From Sedimentisphaerales bacterium (GTDB taxonomy: Bacteria; Planctomycetota; Phycisphaerae; Sedimentisphaerales; Anaerobacaceae): DNA of 64,000 nucleotides. Of this stretch, positions 53,120 through 63,790 are shown in pieces. The stretch lies in NCBI GenBank assembly GCA_040772485.1, contig JAXGYC010000009.1, forward strand, positions 96,001 through 160,000. Direction: 5' to 3'. The notes under the pieces were generated by a model. It had not been told where the DNA came from. It searched no databases and saw only the letters and a list, made by a program, of their open reading frames with translations. Position numbers and translations under genes: made by a program. The first letter of the stretch is position 1. Every line of letters begins with the position of its first letter.

Positions 53120-55126
53120 ATGAGCGATCCTCTGTCGTTCCGTCTGAATCGTTTCTCGATTGTCAGCTTGCTTGCGTTGTCGGTGGCGTGCAGCGCGCCG
53201 GCGGCGCGGGGCGACGGGGTTCCCGGCGTCGAGGAGCTGTGTCGGCTGGACCGGCTGGCGATGTTCCGCGAATCGGTTCACGTCGCATCGGTGTCGAGCT
53301 ACGACCGGACGGGAGGCAACAACGACGGGTTCGGCGGGCAGTTCTCTTTCGTGCGGAAGGAGCCGGGCGGGCTGGTGCTGGCCGACCTCGAAGGGCCCGG
53401 CGTGATCTACCGCATCTGGACGCCCACGCCGACCGACGACGTGATGGAGTTCTACTTCGACGGTGAGAGCGAGCCGCGAATCCGCGTCAAGTTCCGCGAG
53501 CTGTTCATGGGCACGCATCCGGCGTTCGAGCGGCCGCTCGTCGGCTTCGGCGCCGGCGGCTTCTACAGCTACGTCCCGTTGCCCTACGCCCAGTCGTGCA
53601 AGGTCTTCATCCGCGCCGAGCGGATGCAGTTCTACCAGATCAACTACGCGACGTACCCCGATGGCATGGGCATCGAGAGCTTCACCGCCGCACCGAGCGC
53701 CGAGCAGCGTGCGCAGATCGAGAAGGCCAAAACGCTTTTCGCCTCCGCGGGCAAGGACATCAGCGCATACGTCTGCCCCGAAGGCGCCGGCATCGAGCCG
53801 GTGGGGACGAAGGTGACGCTCAAGGCGGGCCAGGCGACGACGGTCTTCAAGGTCGATCGGCCGGGGCGGATCGTGGGCATTCGGCTCTCGCCGGCCGAGG
53901 CGCTCGTGGGCAAGGACCGTGACATCGTGCTGCGGGCCTATTGGGATGGCGACACGCAGCCTGCGATTCTCAGTCCGGCGGGCGACTTCTTCGGCTACGC
54001 CTGGGGCGAGCCGGCGACGAAATCGCTGCTGCTCGGCACCGCCGACGGCGTGAACTATTGCTACTTCCCGATGCCGTTCGACGAGTCGGCGCGGATCGAG
54101 ATGCACGCCGAACCTGGGATGGACCGAAGCGTCACGGTGCAGGCCGAGGTGCTGTTCGTTCCGGTCGCGCGGAGGCCGAACGAAGGCAAGTTCTACGCGC
54201 TGTGGCGCCGCGAGAACCCGACGACCAAGGGCAAGCCCTTCACGTTCATCGAGACCGAAGGACGCGGCCACCTGGTCGGCGTCGTGCAGCAGTCGCAGGG
54301 GCTCGAATCGGGCAACACGTATTTCTTCGAAGGCGACGACCAGACGACGATCGACGGACAGCTCGTGATCCACGGAACCGGCTCGGAGGATTTCTACAAC
54401 GGCGGCTGGTACGATGTGCCCGGGCGGTGGGAGACGCGGCGGTCGTTCGTGCTCAGCGGCTGCCTGGCGTACAAGAAGCACCTCGGCCGGACCGGGGCGT
54501 ATCGGCTCTTCCTCGGCGACGCCTACGCCTACCGCAAGAGCCTGCTCCAGACCATCGAGCACGCGCCGACGAACAACGACCTGCTGAACGACTATTGCGG
54601 CCTGACCCTGCTGTACTCGCAGGAGAGGCCCACGTGCGAGTTTATCCTGCCGGCGGCGAAGGACCGGGGTGTGGTGGACCCCGCGCGGATCGTCTTTGCG
54701 GTCTGGTGGAACGTCCCGATCTATTCGTTCTCGCTCCGCAACGCCACGTTGACCAAAGAGGGCCAGACCTTCGACGGCAAAGAGGTTCGCTACCTCTCGA
54801 TGCGGGCTAAAGACCAGGAGTCGTTCGGCGCGCACAGCATCAGTTTCACGTGCGAGATTCCGGCGGCCGGAACGTACAAGGTCAGCATCGACGCGGTCAA
54901 GGGTCCGCAGCAGGGCAAGGTGCAACTCTTCGTCGACGAGGTTCCCGTCGGGCCCGAGGTGGATCTCTACAGCGCCGAGGCAAAGCCGTTGCAGGACGAG
55001 TTCGTCGGCACGATGCCGATGGAGCAGGGCCTCAACAACCTGATGTTCAAGATCGTAGGCAAGAACGAGCGATCCGAGATGCAGGGATTCGATCTGACGA
55101 ACATCATCTGCGAACGCACGGAATGA
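53120..55126 (+). CDS. DUF2961/GH172 glycoside hydrolase, secreted, duplicated domain
   Basis: SSYDRTGGNND, GPGVIYRIW, PAGDFF, FFEGDD, GTGSEDFYNGGWY. Confidence 0.9.
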   Translation: MSDPLSFRLNRFSIVSLLALSVACSAPAARGDGVPGVEELCRLDRLAMFRESVHVASVSSYDRTGGNNDGFGGQFSFVRKEPGGLVLADLEGPGVIYRIWTPTPTDDVMEFYFDGESEPRIRVKFRELFMGTHPAFERPLVGFGAGGFYSYVPLPYAQSCKVFIRAERMQFYQINYATYPDGMGIESFTAAPSAEQRAQIEKAKTLFASAGKDISAYVCPEGAGIEPVGTKVTLKAGQATTVFKVDRPGRIVGIRLSPAEALVGKDRDIVLRAYWDGDTQPAILSPAGDFFGYAWGEPATKSLLLGTADGVNYCYFPMPFDESARIEMHAEPGMDRSVTVQAEVLFVPVARRPNEGKFYALWRRENPTTKGKPFTFIETEGRGHLVGVVQQSQGLESGNTYFFEGDDQTTIDGQLVIHGTGSEDFYNGGWYDVPGRWETRRSFVLSGCLAYKKHLGRTGAYRLFLGDAYAYRKSLLQTIEHAPTNNDLLNDYCGLTLLYSQERPTCEFILPAAKDRGVVDPARIVFAVWWNVPIYSFSLRNATLTKEGQTFDGKEVRYLSMRAKDQESFGAHSISFTCEIPAAGTYKVSIDAVKGPQQGKVQLFVDEVPVGPEVDLYSAEAKPLQDEFVGTMPMEQGLNNLMFKIVGKNERSEMQGFDLTNIICERTE

Positions 55127-55190
55127 CTATGCCCTTACGGGCACACTACAAACGGCCAGGAGACTTGGGATGGATTGTGGGAGCGAAACA

Positions 55191-57998
55191 ATGGGCGTCG
55201 AGAATCGGTGTCGAGCGGCGATGGTCCTTCTGTTCTGCGCCTTGTTGGGGTTCGGTGGTTCGGTGCGGGCGGCCGACGATACGGTGTTGCCGTTCGTGGC
55301 GGACGCGGATTACGATCCGGCGATTCCGACGCCGGAGAGGATCGTAGGCCATGCTGTGGCCGAGAAGGCGGTGCGCTATCCTTCGCTCGTCGCCTATCTG
55401 CACGCGCTGGCGGAGGCGTCGAATCGGGTGACATTGACGAGCTACGGTCGGACGCACGAGGGCCGGACGTTGTATTACCTGACGATCACCGATCCGGCCA
55501 ACCACGAGCGGCTCGACCAGATCAAGACCGACAACGCCCGGCTCGCCGATCCGCGCACGCTCGACGACGCCGAACAGGGCGATCGGCTGGCCGGCGAGCT
55601 TCCGGCGGTCGCGTGGATGAACTACAGCATTCATGGCGATGAGCTGTCGAGCACCGACGCCGCCATGTTCGTCGCCTATCATCTGGCGGCCTCGCGCAGT
55701 GACGCCGATCGCGACCTGCTTCGGCAGGTGGTTGTCCACCTCAACCCGCTGGTCAATCCGGATGGACGCGAGCGGTACCTCAGCCACCTCCAGCAGCTCA
55801 CCGGCGCCGTCTCCAGTCCCGACCTCCAGTCGATGCAGCACCAGGCCCTCTGGTCGCGCGGGCGCGGCAACCATTATCAGTTCGACTTGAACCGCGACTG
55901 GCTCGTCCATCTTCAGCCGGAGGTGGCGCCGCTGGCCCAGGCCATCCTGGTGTGGAATCCGCATTTGCTCGTGGACTCGCACGAGCAGGGCGCGTACGAC
56001 ACGTATCTGTTCGATCCGCCGCGAGACCCGATCAACATTCACCTCTCGCCAAAGGTGCTCGCCTGGCGAACGCGATTCAGCGCCGACCAGGCGGCGGCGT
56101 TCAATCGCTACGGCTGGAGTTACTACACCAAGGATTGGTACTCCGAATGGAGCCCGATCTACGCCAACGCCTGGGCGAGCCTGCAGGGCGCGATCGGCCT
56201 GCTCTACGAACAGGCGCGGACCGACGCCGCATCCGTCAAGCATCCGACCGGCCAGGAGATCACCTACCGCGAAACGGTGCACCATCACGTCGTCAGTTCA
56301 CTGGCCAATCTCCAGACGCTCTGCGCCAACCGCAGCGAGATCCTGAGCGATTTCCTTCGCGACCGGCGAGAGGCGGTGGCGGGCGAGACGCCGGGCGAGG
56401 CGTTCCTGCTGCCGCCGGCGTCCGATACGGCCCGGTGGAGCCGCTTCGTCTCGCTGCTCCGGCTTCAGGGCCTCGACGTGGGATTTGCGCGGGCGGCCTT
56501 CCCGGCGTACAACGTGACGGACCTGTGGGGCCAATCGCACGAGAGCCGCACGCTGCCGGCCGGAACGCTCGTGGTCCGCTCGAACCAGCCGCGCGAGCGG
56601 ATGCTCCGCGCTCTGTGCGAATTCGATCCGCATCTGACCGAGAGCTTTCTGCGCGAGGAGCGCAAAGAGCTGGAGAACCGCCGTGGGACGCTGCTGTACG
56701 ATGCCTCGTCGTGGAATTTGCCCATGAATTTCGGCCTGGATGCCTGCTGGGCCAAGGCGATATCCGACGTCGAAATCGGCGCCCATGCGCCCGGCTCGAC
56801 ACAAGACGCGACTGCGTTGCTCAGCGGAGGCTATGGCTACCTGATCGATTTCCAGAGTTCCGATGCGTATCGGGTTCTGGTTCGCCTGTTCGAGAGCGGC
56901 TGTCACCCGCGCATCGCGATCCGGCCGTTCCGCATCGGCCAGACCAGCTTCGCGCCCGGCACGATCCTGCTGCGAGGCCATGAGAACCCCGGTGACGTCG
57001 CGGACCTGCTGCGCAAAGCGACGGCGGACCTCGACGTCACCGTCCGCGCCGTGGACACGGCACTCGTGCAGGATGGGCCCGACCTGGGCAGCGGCAAGTT
57101 CGAGCTGCTGACGGCGCCGCGCGTGGCGATTGCCTCGCAGTGGCCCGTTCGCTCGACGTCGTTCGGGTCGGTCTGGCATCTGCTCGACCATCAACTGGGC
57201 CTGCGCAACTCGCCGATCAACGTGCAGGACCTGGGCAGCGTCGATCTGCGCAAATACAACGTGCTGATCCTGCCCGACAGCGGCGGTCTGGATCGCGTGC
57301 TCTCCGATGGAACGGTCGAAAAGATCAAGCGATGGGTCCAGAGCGGCGGCACCCTGATCGCGATCGGCGGCTCGGCGGCCTTCGCGACCGCGAAGGAGCG
57401 GGGACTGTCGTCGGTGCGTCTGCGGCGCGACGTCCTGAATCAGCTCGATGAATACGCCGAGGCGGTCGCGCGGGAGCGCAGCGCGCAGGATGTCCAGATC
57501 GATCCGAACCGGATCTGGCAGGCGCCGCAGGCCAAAGAGCCGAACAAGGACGAAGCGAAGGCGGCGGACGAGTCGAAGAAGAAAGAAGATATCGAGGCTC
57601 TCAAACGCGCCGACGAGTGGCAGCGTCTGTTCAGCCCGACGGGCACGTTCGTGCTGGGTCTGGTCCATCCGGAGCACTGGTTGGGCTACGGACTGGGCGA
57701 GAAGCTGCCGGTCATGTTCCTTGGTTCGAGCGTCTTTCTGTCGAAACACCCGGCGGCCACGCCCGTTCGCCTGGCCGAGGCGGGCCGGCTGCGGCTGAGC
57801 GGCCTGCTCTGGCCCGAGGCCCGCGAGCGGCTGGCCGACAGCGCCTATGTCACCGTCGAGTCGAGTGGCGGCGGTCAGGTGATCCTCTTCGCGACCGATC
57901 CGACGTTCCGCATGTGGCTGGCGGGCCAGCAGCGCCTGCTGCTCAACGCGGTCCTGCTCGGTCCGGGTCTGGGGGCCTCACCGGCTGTGCCCTGGTGA
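55191..57998 (+). CDS. M14 zinc carboxypeptidase family protein, secreted
   Basis: SIHGDE, NPDGRE, DLNRDW, DSHEQ; C-terminal class-I GATase-like domain. Confidence 0.92.
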   Translation: MGVENRCRAAMVLLFCALLGFGGSVRAADDTVLPFVADADYDPAIPTPERIVGHAVAEKAVRYPSLVAYLHALAEASNRVTLTSYGRTHEGRTLYYLTITDPANHERLDQIKTDNARLADPRTLDDAEQGDRLAGELPAVAWMNYSIHGDELSSTDAAMFVAYHLAASRSDADRDLLRQVVVHLNPLVNPDGRERYLSHLQQLTGAVSSPDLQSMQHQALWSRGRGNHYQFDLNRDWLVHLQPEVAPLAQAILVWNPHLLVDSHEQGAYDTYLFDPPRDPINIHLSPKVLAWRTRFSADQAAAFNRYGWSYYTKDWYSEWSPIYANAWASLQGAIGLLYEQARTDAASVKHPTGQEITYRETVHHHVVSSLANLQTLCANRSEILSDFLRDRREAVAGETPGEAFLLPPASDTARWSRFVSLLRLQGLDVGFARAAFPAYNVTDLWGQSHESRTLPAGTLVVRSNQPRERMLRALCEFDPHLTESFLREERKELENRRGTLLYDASSWNLPMNFGLDACWAKAISDVEIGAHAPGSTQDATALLSGGYGYLIDFQSSDAYRVLVRLFESGCHPRIAIRPFRIGQTSFAPGTILLRGHENPGDVADLLRKATADLDVTVRAVDTALVQDGPDLGSGKFELLTAPRVAIASQWPVRSTSFGSVWHLLDHQLGLRNSPINVQDLGSVDLRKYNVLILPDSGGLDRVLSDGTVEKIKRWVQSGGTLIAIGGSAAFATAKERGLSSVRLRRDVLNQLDEYAEAVARERSAQDVQIDPNRIWQAPQAKEPNKDEAKAADESKKKEDIEALKRADEWQRLFSPTGTFVLGLVHPEHWLGYGLGEKLPVMFLGSSVFLSKHPAATPVRLAEAGRLRLSGLLWPEARERLADSAYVTVESSGGGQVILFATDPTFRMWLAGQQRLLLNAVLLGPGLGASPAVPW

Positions 57999-58209
57999 GG
58001 GCGGCGCGGAAAGCGCGCTGAGGCGGTCCCGCATTGTGCGGAAAATCCTTGTGACCGTCCGGTGTCGCTGGCCCGGTCGATACCCTTGGCGGCACGCGCA
58101 CGCGCGTCAAACGCACCCGAAGAGTACGGATAACGCCGTGATTATCGGAACATGGTTCCCGTCTCGGACAAGCTCCCGATGGGGGACCGGCGTTCGAGAG
58201 TCGCCGGCC

Positions 58210-58238
58210 TTGATGGTCTGACCTGCCGGGTGTATAAT
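58210..58238 (+). promoter_or_regulatory. Candidate promoter of the DUF4056 pair
   Basis: TTGATG-17 nt-TATAAT. Confidence 0.55.
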
Positions 58239-58365
58239 AGAAAGCGAATTGGGCAATTGGCTGCTCGACGGGCGTTCGGAACGCCGCCTCGAAAGTACAA
58301 CTCATTGCAGGGACACGTCTTGACGGGTCAAAGGACTGTAGTTGAAGCTTGGACGAAGTCCGACC

Positions 58366-59523
58366 ATGAAGACACACGACACATCGCGGCTATGGCTTGT
58401 CATTGTCCTTCTGCCGCTGGCGCTGACTGGCGCCGGCTGCGGCCTGTGGCCTGACTCCGCCCGATCCGGGCGGGCCAGCGGGGTGATCCGGGAGGGATTC
58501 GACCGAATCCCGCGGACCCGGTATGGTTGCTACGCCGCGGCCATCCCCGGCATGACGTTCCTTGGCAGCGACCTGGGAACCCACAGCTATCAGTGGTCTC
58601 TCTTCGAGAAAGGCGGCATTGCCTACACCTGCCGGGGCGGCCATATCGACATCACCCACATGCGGATCGGCATCGATTGGACGGCGTACCTGGCCGCCGA
58701 GAGCTACAAGCGTCTGATGCGAGGCGATCCCGGCTTCTCGTGCAAGATGCCTGTGGACCGGTCGCGCACGCACGTCCGAATCTCCTACCCGCCGGATTGG
58801 GATGACCTGCCCGAAGAGCAGCGCGCGGCCATTGCCGAGAAGGTGGCCCTGGCCCTCGGCCCTTACCTGACCTTTACGATGGTCTCCTGGCACGAGATCA
58901 CTACCTGGTACGGCTACAAGTGCATGGGGATTCCGGTCGAATACGACTCGGCCTTCAGTTGGGAGGACTCCTACTCCAACCTGCTGGGCACGCGGATTGC
59001 GTTGCAGGCTCTCCAGGACACCGAGCGCCCGTACGACGAGGCCGTGACGGTGGCCATCGATGAAGAGATGCAGAGGCTCGGCGTGCTGCCGTCGGCCCGA
59101 CAGGCCCGTCGGGTGAGCCGGGCCATGAAAGGGCAGTGGTACAGCGGCACCTTCCTGCTGCTGTTCGACATGAAGAAGCGCAACTTCGATATCGGGCTGG
59201 ACGATGGGCGTGTTACGCCGACGTGTGTGCCCGACGTGGCGCAATGTCCCGATTGCGAGCCGCTGTCGTATCCGGTTCCAACCCTCGAAGTCCTTGCGGA
59301 ATACGGGTTCTCGGCAACGGTCGAGATCGAGCCGCGGGAGTGGGAAAAAGACAGGATTCTGCGCATCGTGTTCGGTGACGAACCGCAGAAGCGCATCAAC
59401 GTCGAGACCCATCTGGCCGTCATCATGGACCGCATCCAGCGGGAAGCGGCGGCGAAATATGGCCCGGAGTATGATCCCGACCACCCGCAAACCGAACCGC
59501 AGTACGTCCTGACGGGTATGTGA
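58366..59523 (+). CDS. DUF4056-like lipoprotein, paralogue 1
   Basis: Lipobox GAGC; GIAYTCRGGHIDITHMR, WHEITTWYG, SAFSWEDSYSNLLG. Confidence 0.82.
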   Translation: MKTHDTSRLWLVIVLLPLALTGAGCGLWPDSARSGRASGVIREGFDRIPRTRYGCYAAAIPGMTFLGSDLGTHSYQWSLFEKGGIAYTCRGGHIDITHMRIGIDWTAYLAAESYKRLMRGDPGFSCKMPVDRSRTHVRISYPPDWDDLPEEQRAAIAEKVALALGPYLTFTMVSWHEITTWYGYKCMGIPVEYDSAFSWEDSYSNLLGTRIALQALQDTERPYDEAVTVAIDEEMQRLGVLPSARQARRVSRAMKGQWYSGTFLLLFDMKKRNFDIGLDDGRVTPTCVPDVAQCPDCEPLSYPVPTLEVLAEYGFSATVEIEPREWEKDRILRIVFGDEPQKRINVETHLAVIMDRIQREAAAKYGPEYDPDHPQTEPQYVLTGM

Positions 59524-59573
59524 TGGTGTCGCCCATCGTGTGGCGTGTCGGGGTCGCATGAGGTAGGAAAGCC

Positions 59574-60776
59574 ATGAGAAACCATCCCGCACTGTATGGG
59601 CTGTCGCTGGCAGGTCTATTGCTGTTGGCCGTGGCCGGTTGCGGGCTCATTCCCGACAAGGGCCTTCGCGGTCCGGCCAGTGACGTCGTCGTCAACGGGT
59701 TCAACTTCGGACCACGGATTCGCTACGGAGCTTACCCGACCGCGATCCTCGGAACGCCTTGGGCGGGCCAGGACCTCGGGACCCACGGGTACTACTTCCG
59801 CCTGTCGGAGAAGAACGGCATCGCCTGCGCGTGCCGGGCGGGACATGTGGACATCATGCACGTTCGCATCGCCGCCGACTGGACCGCCTATCTGGCGAGC
59901 CGGAGCTATCGCCACATCATGCGGGGCGATGAATCTTTCTCGTACAAACTGCTCGTCGACCGCTCGCGGAACTACGTGCACATCTCCTATCCGGACGACT
60001 GGCAGACGCTCCCCGAGGACCAGCGGAGGCGGATCGCTCGCGAGGTGGCCCTGGCGATGGGACCGTACCTGACCTTCGCGATGACCACGTGGCATGAGAT
60101 CATCACCTGGTACGGCTTCCAGTGCATCGGCCTGCCCACGGAGTACGCCTCGGCGTTCAGTTGGGAAGACTCGTACTCCAATCTGCTCGGTACGATCCTG
60201 GCCACGCGGGCCCTGAGCGATACCGAACACCGCTATGACGAAGCCATGACGATCGCTCTCGACGAGGAGATGCAGACGCTCGGCGTCCAGGCGGCCAGAG
60301 CCTCGAAGCAAAACAGCGAGGCCGTCTACGGGATTTGGTACAAGGGCCGGCTCCCGATGTTCGTGGACCTGTGGCGAAGGAACTTCGACATCGGATTGCA
60401 CGACGGCATGGTCACGCCGACGCTGTTGCCTGACATGCCGAGCTGCGAAGACGCCGAACCGATCTCGTATCCCGTGCCCACGCTCGACGTCCTGGCCGAG
60501 CACGGGTTCGCCATCCGTGTGGAGATCGAGCCGCGCGAGTGGGAGAAGAACAAGGTCCTTCGCGTCGTTCACCCCGACAAGAAGGGCAAGCGCATCCTGC
60601 CCGAAGAGCATTTTCCGCGTATCATGGCCCGGATCCGCGCGGAGGCCGAAGCGAAGTACGGCCGCGAGATGGTAGCCGACCCGCGTCCCGCGATCCTTCC
60701 GGATGAAGCCGTCGCCGCGCACGACGCCGCGACGCCGGGCGAGACGAATTCCGGCCATGTTCTCTCGGGGGAGTGA
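59574..60776 (+). CDS. DUF4056-like lipoprotein, paralogue 2
   Basis: Lipobox VAGC; CRAGHVDIMHVR, WHEIITWYG, SAFSWEDSYSNLLG. Confidence 0.82.
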   Translation: MRNHPALYGLSLAGLLLLAVAGCGLIPDKGLRGPASDVVVNGFNFGPRIRYGAYPTAILGTPWAGQDLGTHGYYFRLSEKNGIACACRAGHVDIMHVRIAADWTAYLASRSYRHIMRGDESFSYKLLVDRSRNYVHISYPDDWQTLPEDQRRRIAREVALAMGPYLTFAMTTWHEIITWYGFQCIGLPTEYASAFSWEDSYSNLLGTILATRALSDTEHRYDEAMTIALDEEMQTLGVQAARASKQNSEAVYGIWYKGRLPMFVDLWRRNFDIGLHDGMVTPTLLPDMPSCEDAEPISYPVPTLDVLAEHGFAIRVEIEPREWEKNKVLRVVHPDKKGKRILPEEHFPRIMARIRAEAEAKYGREMVADPRPAILPDEAVAAHDAATPGETNSGHVLSGE

Positions 60777-60843
60777 CGCAGCGGAGGGAAGGTGTGCGGT
60801 GCACACCCTACGGAGCCTGATAAGAACAGGCGAACCACGACTC

Positions 60844-61057
60844 TGTCATTTCGAGCGCAGTCGATCCCGATATCCATCGGGACGGTCGCGAACCAGAAGC
60901 GCGTCCGGGCACAGCATAATACGGATTAGGAAAAGTCCTCGCGCGGAAGTGACTCTGTCATCCTGAGCCTCGCGAAGGATCTGGTCATGGCATGAGACGT
61001 TCTTCTCATTCGGCGCCCAGATCCATTCGGCAGGCTCTTCACTTCGTTCAGCATGAC
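60844..61057. repeat. GTCA(T/C)..GAGC-type palindromic repeats (family E); another doublet at 62340-62438
   Basis: tgtcatttcgagcgcagtcga, tgtcatcctgagcctcgcgaaggatct, inverted cttcgttcagcatgaca; gtcaccccgagcggaacgaagtgcagtcgag...ctcgactgcgctcggaatgaca. Confidence 0.75.
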
Positions 61058-61137
61058 AAGGCGGAACGCTGGTTGCGAACATTCGGATTTGGGGCATTGG
61101 GATTTGTTTCGGATTTCGGGATTCGTGCTTCGAGTTT

Positions 61138-62289
61138 TCACCTCGGCGTCGCGGCCGGACCCCGGACGCCGCGAAAGCCCATGATCGAGCTTTCCTGAAG
61201 CGGCAGTTGCGTGGCTCCCGTGACGGCGTCGCAGCCTTCGGGCACCGCCATCCACGAGCCGCCGCGCACCATGCGGAAGCCGTCCAGTCCGGCGTGGTAC
61301 GACGTCGCGTACCAGTCCAGCGTCCATTCGGCGACGTTGCCCGCCAGATCGCACACGCCGTAGGGACTGGCGAACCGGCGAAAGCTCCCCACCGGCGCCA
61401 GACGCTCGAAGCCGTCGTCGGCGCCGTCGAAGTTGCAGCGGTAGACGCCGCCGGCGTTCGGGTCCTCGTCGCCCCAGGGGTAGCGCCGCTCCGGCAGCGG
61501 ATTGGGATGGGCTTGGGTCCGGTCGCCGTCGAGGTAGAGCCCGCCGCGAACGGCCTTCTCCCACTCGGCCTCCGTCGGCAGGCGCAGGCCACACCAGCGC
61601 AAGAAGCCCATCGCGTCGTACCACGAGACGTACGTGACCGGATAGTCCTCCCGGCCGGGGGACACGCTGTAGGTGTGGTTGCTCTCCTGGATAATGCCGC
61701 AACGCTCGGGTCGCGCCATCCGCGCGTTCCAGCCGGCGCCTTCGCCGCCCACTTCGTTCAGGTAGTCGGCGTACATCGCGATCGTCGTCTCGTATTTCGC
61801 GATGTAGTAGAGCGGCAGGTTGGGGTCGGGGTGAGTTGCGCCCGATTCGTCGAGTCCGCCGCCGGGAAGGCTCTTGAGCGAGAACCGGCCGGCCGGCACC
61901 TTCGCCATCGCGATCGCGCGGACACGAACCTCGATCTGCGCCAGGTCGGCCACGCCCGTCTGGTCGATGCCCCACCAGAGCACTTCCTTGCGGCCGGGTT
62001 TGTCCACGATGTCGAAGCCGTTGCCGCGCAGGGCGTCCATCGGGACGAGCTGCCAGGTGTCGCCCGAATCCTGGCTGTAGCGAAGGAAGACGTAGGCAGG
62101 CGATTGGGGCGTGATGTTCGGGTCCTTCAGATCGTACTCGACGACGATCTTGGGCCCGCCCAGCTCGGTGGGTTCCAGCCGCACCTTCACATCGTCCGTC
62201 GCCAGCCACCGCCCCGGCGCCGCGGCGCCCAGCGCCAGCACGACGGCGCTGCAAACCCCGATACAACAAAGCCTCCTCTGTCTCTTCAT
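61138..62289 (-). CDS. Secreted FGE-sulfatase (SUMF1-like) domain protein
   Basis: [39 protein letters not shown]; canonical FGE cysteine pair not evident. Confidence 0.9.
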   Translation of the reverse strand: MKRQRRLCCIGVCSAVVLALGAAAPGRWLATDDVKVRLEPTELGGPKIVVEYDLKDPNITPQSPAYVFLRYSQDSGDTWQLVPMDALRGNGFDIVDKPGRKEVLWWGIDQTGVADLAQIEVRVRAIAMAKVPAGRFSLKSLPGGGLDESGATHPDPNLPLYYIAKYETTIAMYADYLNEVGGEGAGWNARMARPERCGIIQESNHTYSVSPGREDYPVTYVSWYDAMGFLRWCGLRLPTEAEWEKAVRGGLYLDGDRTQAHPNPLPERRYPWGDEDPNAGGVYRCNFDGADDGFERLAPVGSFRRFASPYGVCDLAGNVAEWTLDWYATSYHAGLDGFRMVRGGSWMAVPEGCDAVTGATQLPLQESSIMGFRGVRGPAATPR

Positions 62290-62461
62290 CAACACATCCT
62301 TTGATGAATTCGGCAAAGCCTCTGCATGACAAGCAGTCTGTCACCCCGAGCGGAACGAAGTGCAGTCGAGGGGTCTGGACATGGACAAGGCGCGCTTCCT
62401 GCTCGTGGCCAGATTCCTCGACTGCGCTCGGAATGACACGGAACGGAACACCCGATTCCTG

Positions 62462-63790
62462 TCATACGTTCTCCGGGATGGTCCAGCCCGCGCGGTACTG
62501 GCGCTTGAGATACTGATTGGCCTCGTCGCAGTTCGTGAACGATTCCGTCGCGCCGTCGAATTCCAGACGCTGGTTGCCGACGCGATAGGAAATGTTCGCG
62601 ATGTGGAACGGCAGCACGGACAGGTGCCCGATCTCGACGTCGGACGTCGCCCTCTTGCGGCTGCGGATGCACTCCACGAAATTGTCCTGGTGCTCCTTGT
62701 CGCCCTGGCGTCCGTACTCGGAGTGGACCAACTCGCCGTCGCGGTCGTAGGCCTGCCAGCCGCCGCCGTGCCGTCCGAAGTACATGAAGCCTTCCGTGCC
62801 GAGAACCTCCACCTTCGTGCTGCAGAACGGCCAGTGGGGGAACTGGTCGGAGTCGCGAATACCGGCGGGGATCTTCTTCATGTACGGCGTCCAGAGCGTT
62901 GCGTCGAGCGTGATCGTCAGGTTGTCGTATTCGAACAGGGCCATCTGCGTGTCGGGCATGTCCCTGCCGTCGCGCAGGGCGCGGATGGCGCCGGTCTGCG
63001 AGACCGCCTTCGGATAGGGGATGTCGCCGGTCAGGAATCGGGCGAGATCGAACTGGTGGACCGCGTCGCCGGCGATCGGGCCGCAACTGTAGTCCCATTG
63101 ATTGAGCCACTGTCGCGATGGATTGTAGGGCCGCTTCGGCGCCGGCCCGCACCAGAGCTCATAGTCGAAGCCGTCGGGGACGGGCCCGTCCGGCGTGTCG
63201 GCCTGCTTGGGGTGCTGCATCATGTTGTACACGCGGACCAGGTACACCTCGCCCAGGTTACCGGCCAGGATGTAGTCCCGCGCCTTCTGCACGTAGGGGG
63301 CGCTGCGCGACTGCATGCCCACCTGGACCACGCGCTGGTGCTTGCGGGCGGCCTCGACCATCTTGCGCCCCTCCCAGATGCTATGGGCCAGCGGCTTCTC
63401 GACGAAGACGTCCTTGCCCGCCTGGCAGGCGAGGATCGAGCCGAGCGCGTGCCAGTGGTCGGGCGTCGCGTTGATCACCACGTCGACGCTCTTGTCGTCG
63501 AGCATCTTGCGGAAGTCCTGGAGCATCTTGGCGGGGCGGTCCTGCGCCTCTTCGACCGCCTCCCGCGCCCGCGCGAATCGGCGCGTGTTCGGGTCGCACA
63601 GGTAGGCGACCTCGGTGTCGGGCCGCTCGGCGAACTTCTCGGCCAGGTACGTGCCCCGGCCGCCCAGGCCCATCACGCCCACCACGATCTTGTCGTTGGC
63701 GCCCAGCACGCGGGCCGACGGCCACAGGGCCACCGTGCCGGCGACGCCCAGGGAGCTTCTCAGGAATGCGCGACGATTCAATGTATCCAT
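62462..63790 (-). CDS. Tat-exported Gfo/Idh/MocA oxidoreductase
   Basis: NRRAFLR Tat motif, MGLGGRG, TPDHWH, DVFVEKPLA. Confidence 0.95.
   Translation of the reverse strand: MDTLNRRAFLRSSLGVAGTVALWPSARVLGANDKIVVGVMGLGGRGTYLAEKFAERPDTEVAYLCDPNTRRFARAREAVEEAQDRPAKMLQDFRKMLDDKSVDVVINATPDHWHALGSILACQAGKDVFVEKPLAHSIWEGRKMVEAARKHQRVVQVGMQSRSAPYVQKARDYILAGNLGEVYLVRVYNMMQHPKQADTPDGPVPDGFDYELWCGPAPKRPYNPSRQWLNQWDYSCGPIAGDAVHQFDLARFLTGDIPYPKAVSQTGAIRALRDGRDMPDTQMALFEYDNLTITLDATLWTPYMKKIPAGIRDSDQFPHWPFCSTKVEVLGTEGFMYFGRHGGGWQAYDRDGELVHSEYGRQGDKEHQDNFVECIRSRKRATSDVEIGHLSVLPFHIANISYRVGNQRLEFDGATESFTNCDEANQYLKRQYRAGWTIPENV

Noticed and set aside
61138..62289. True formylglycine-generating enzyme
   Set aside because: The catalytic cysteine pair after RGGSW is not evident and no sulfatase is adjacent; only the fold is called.
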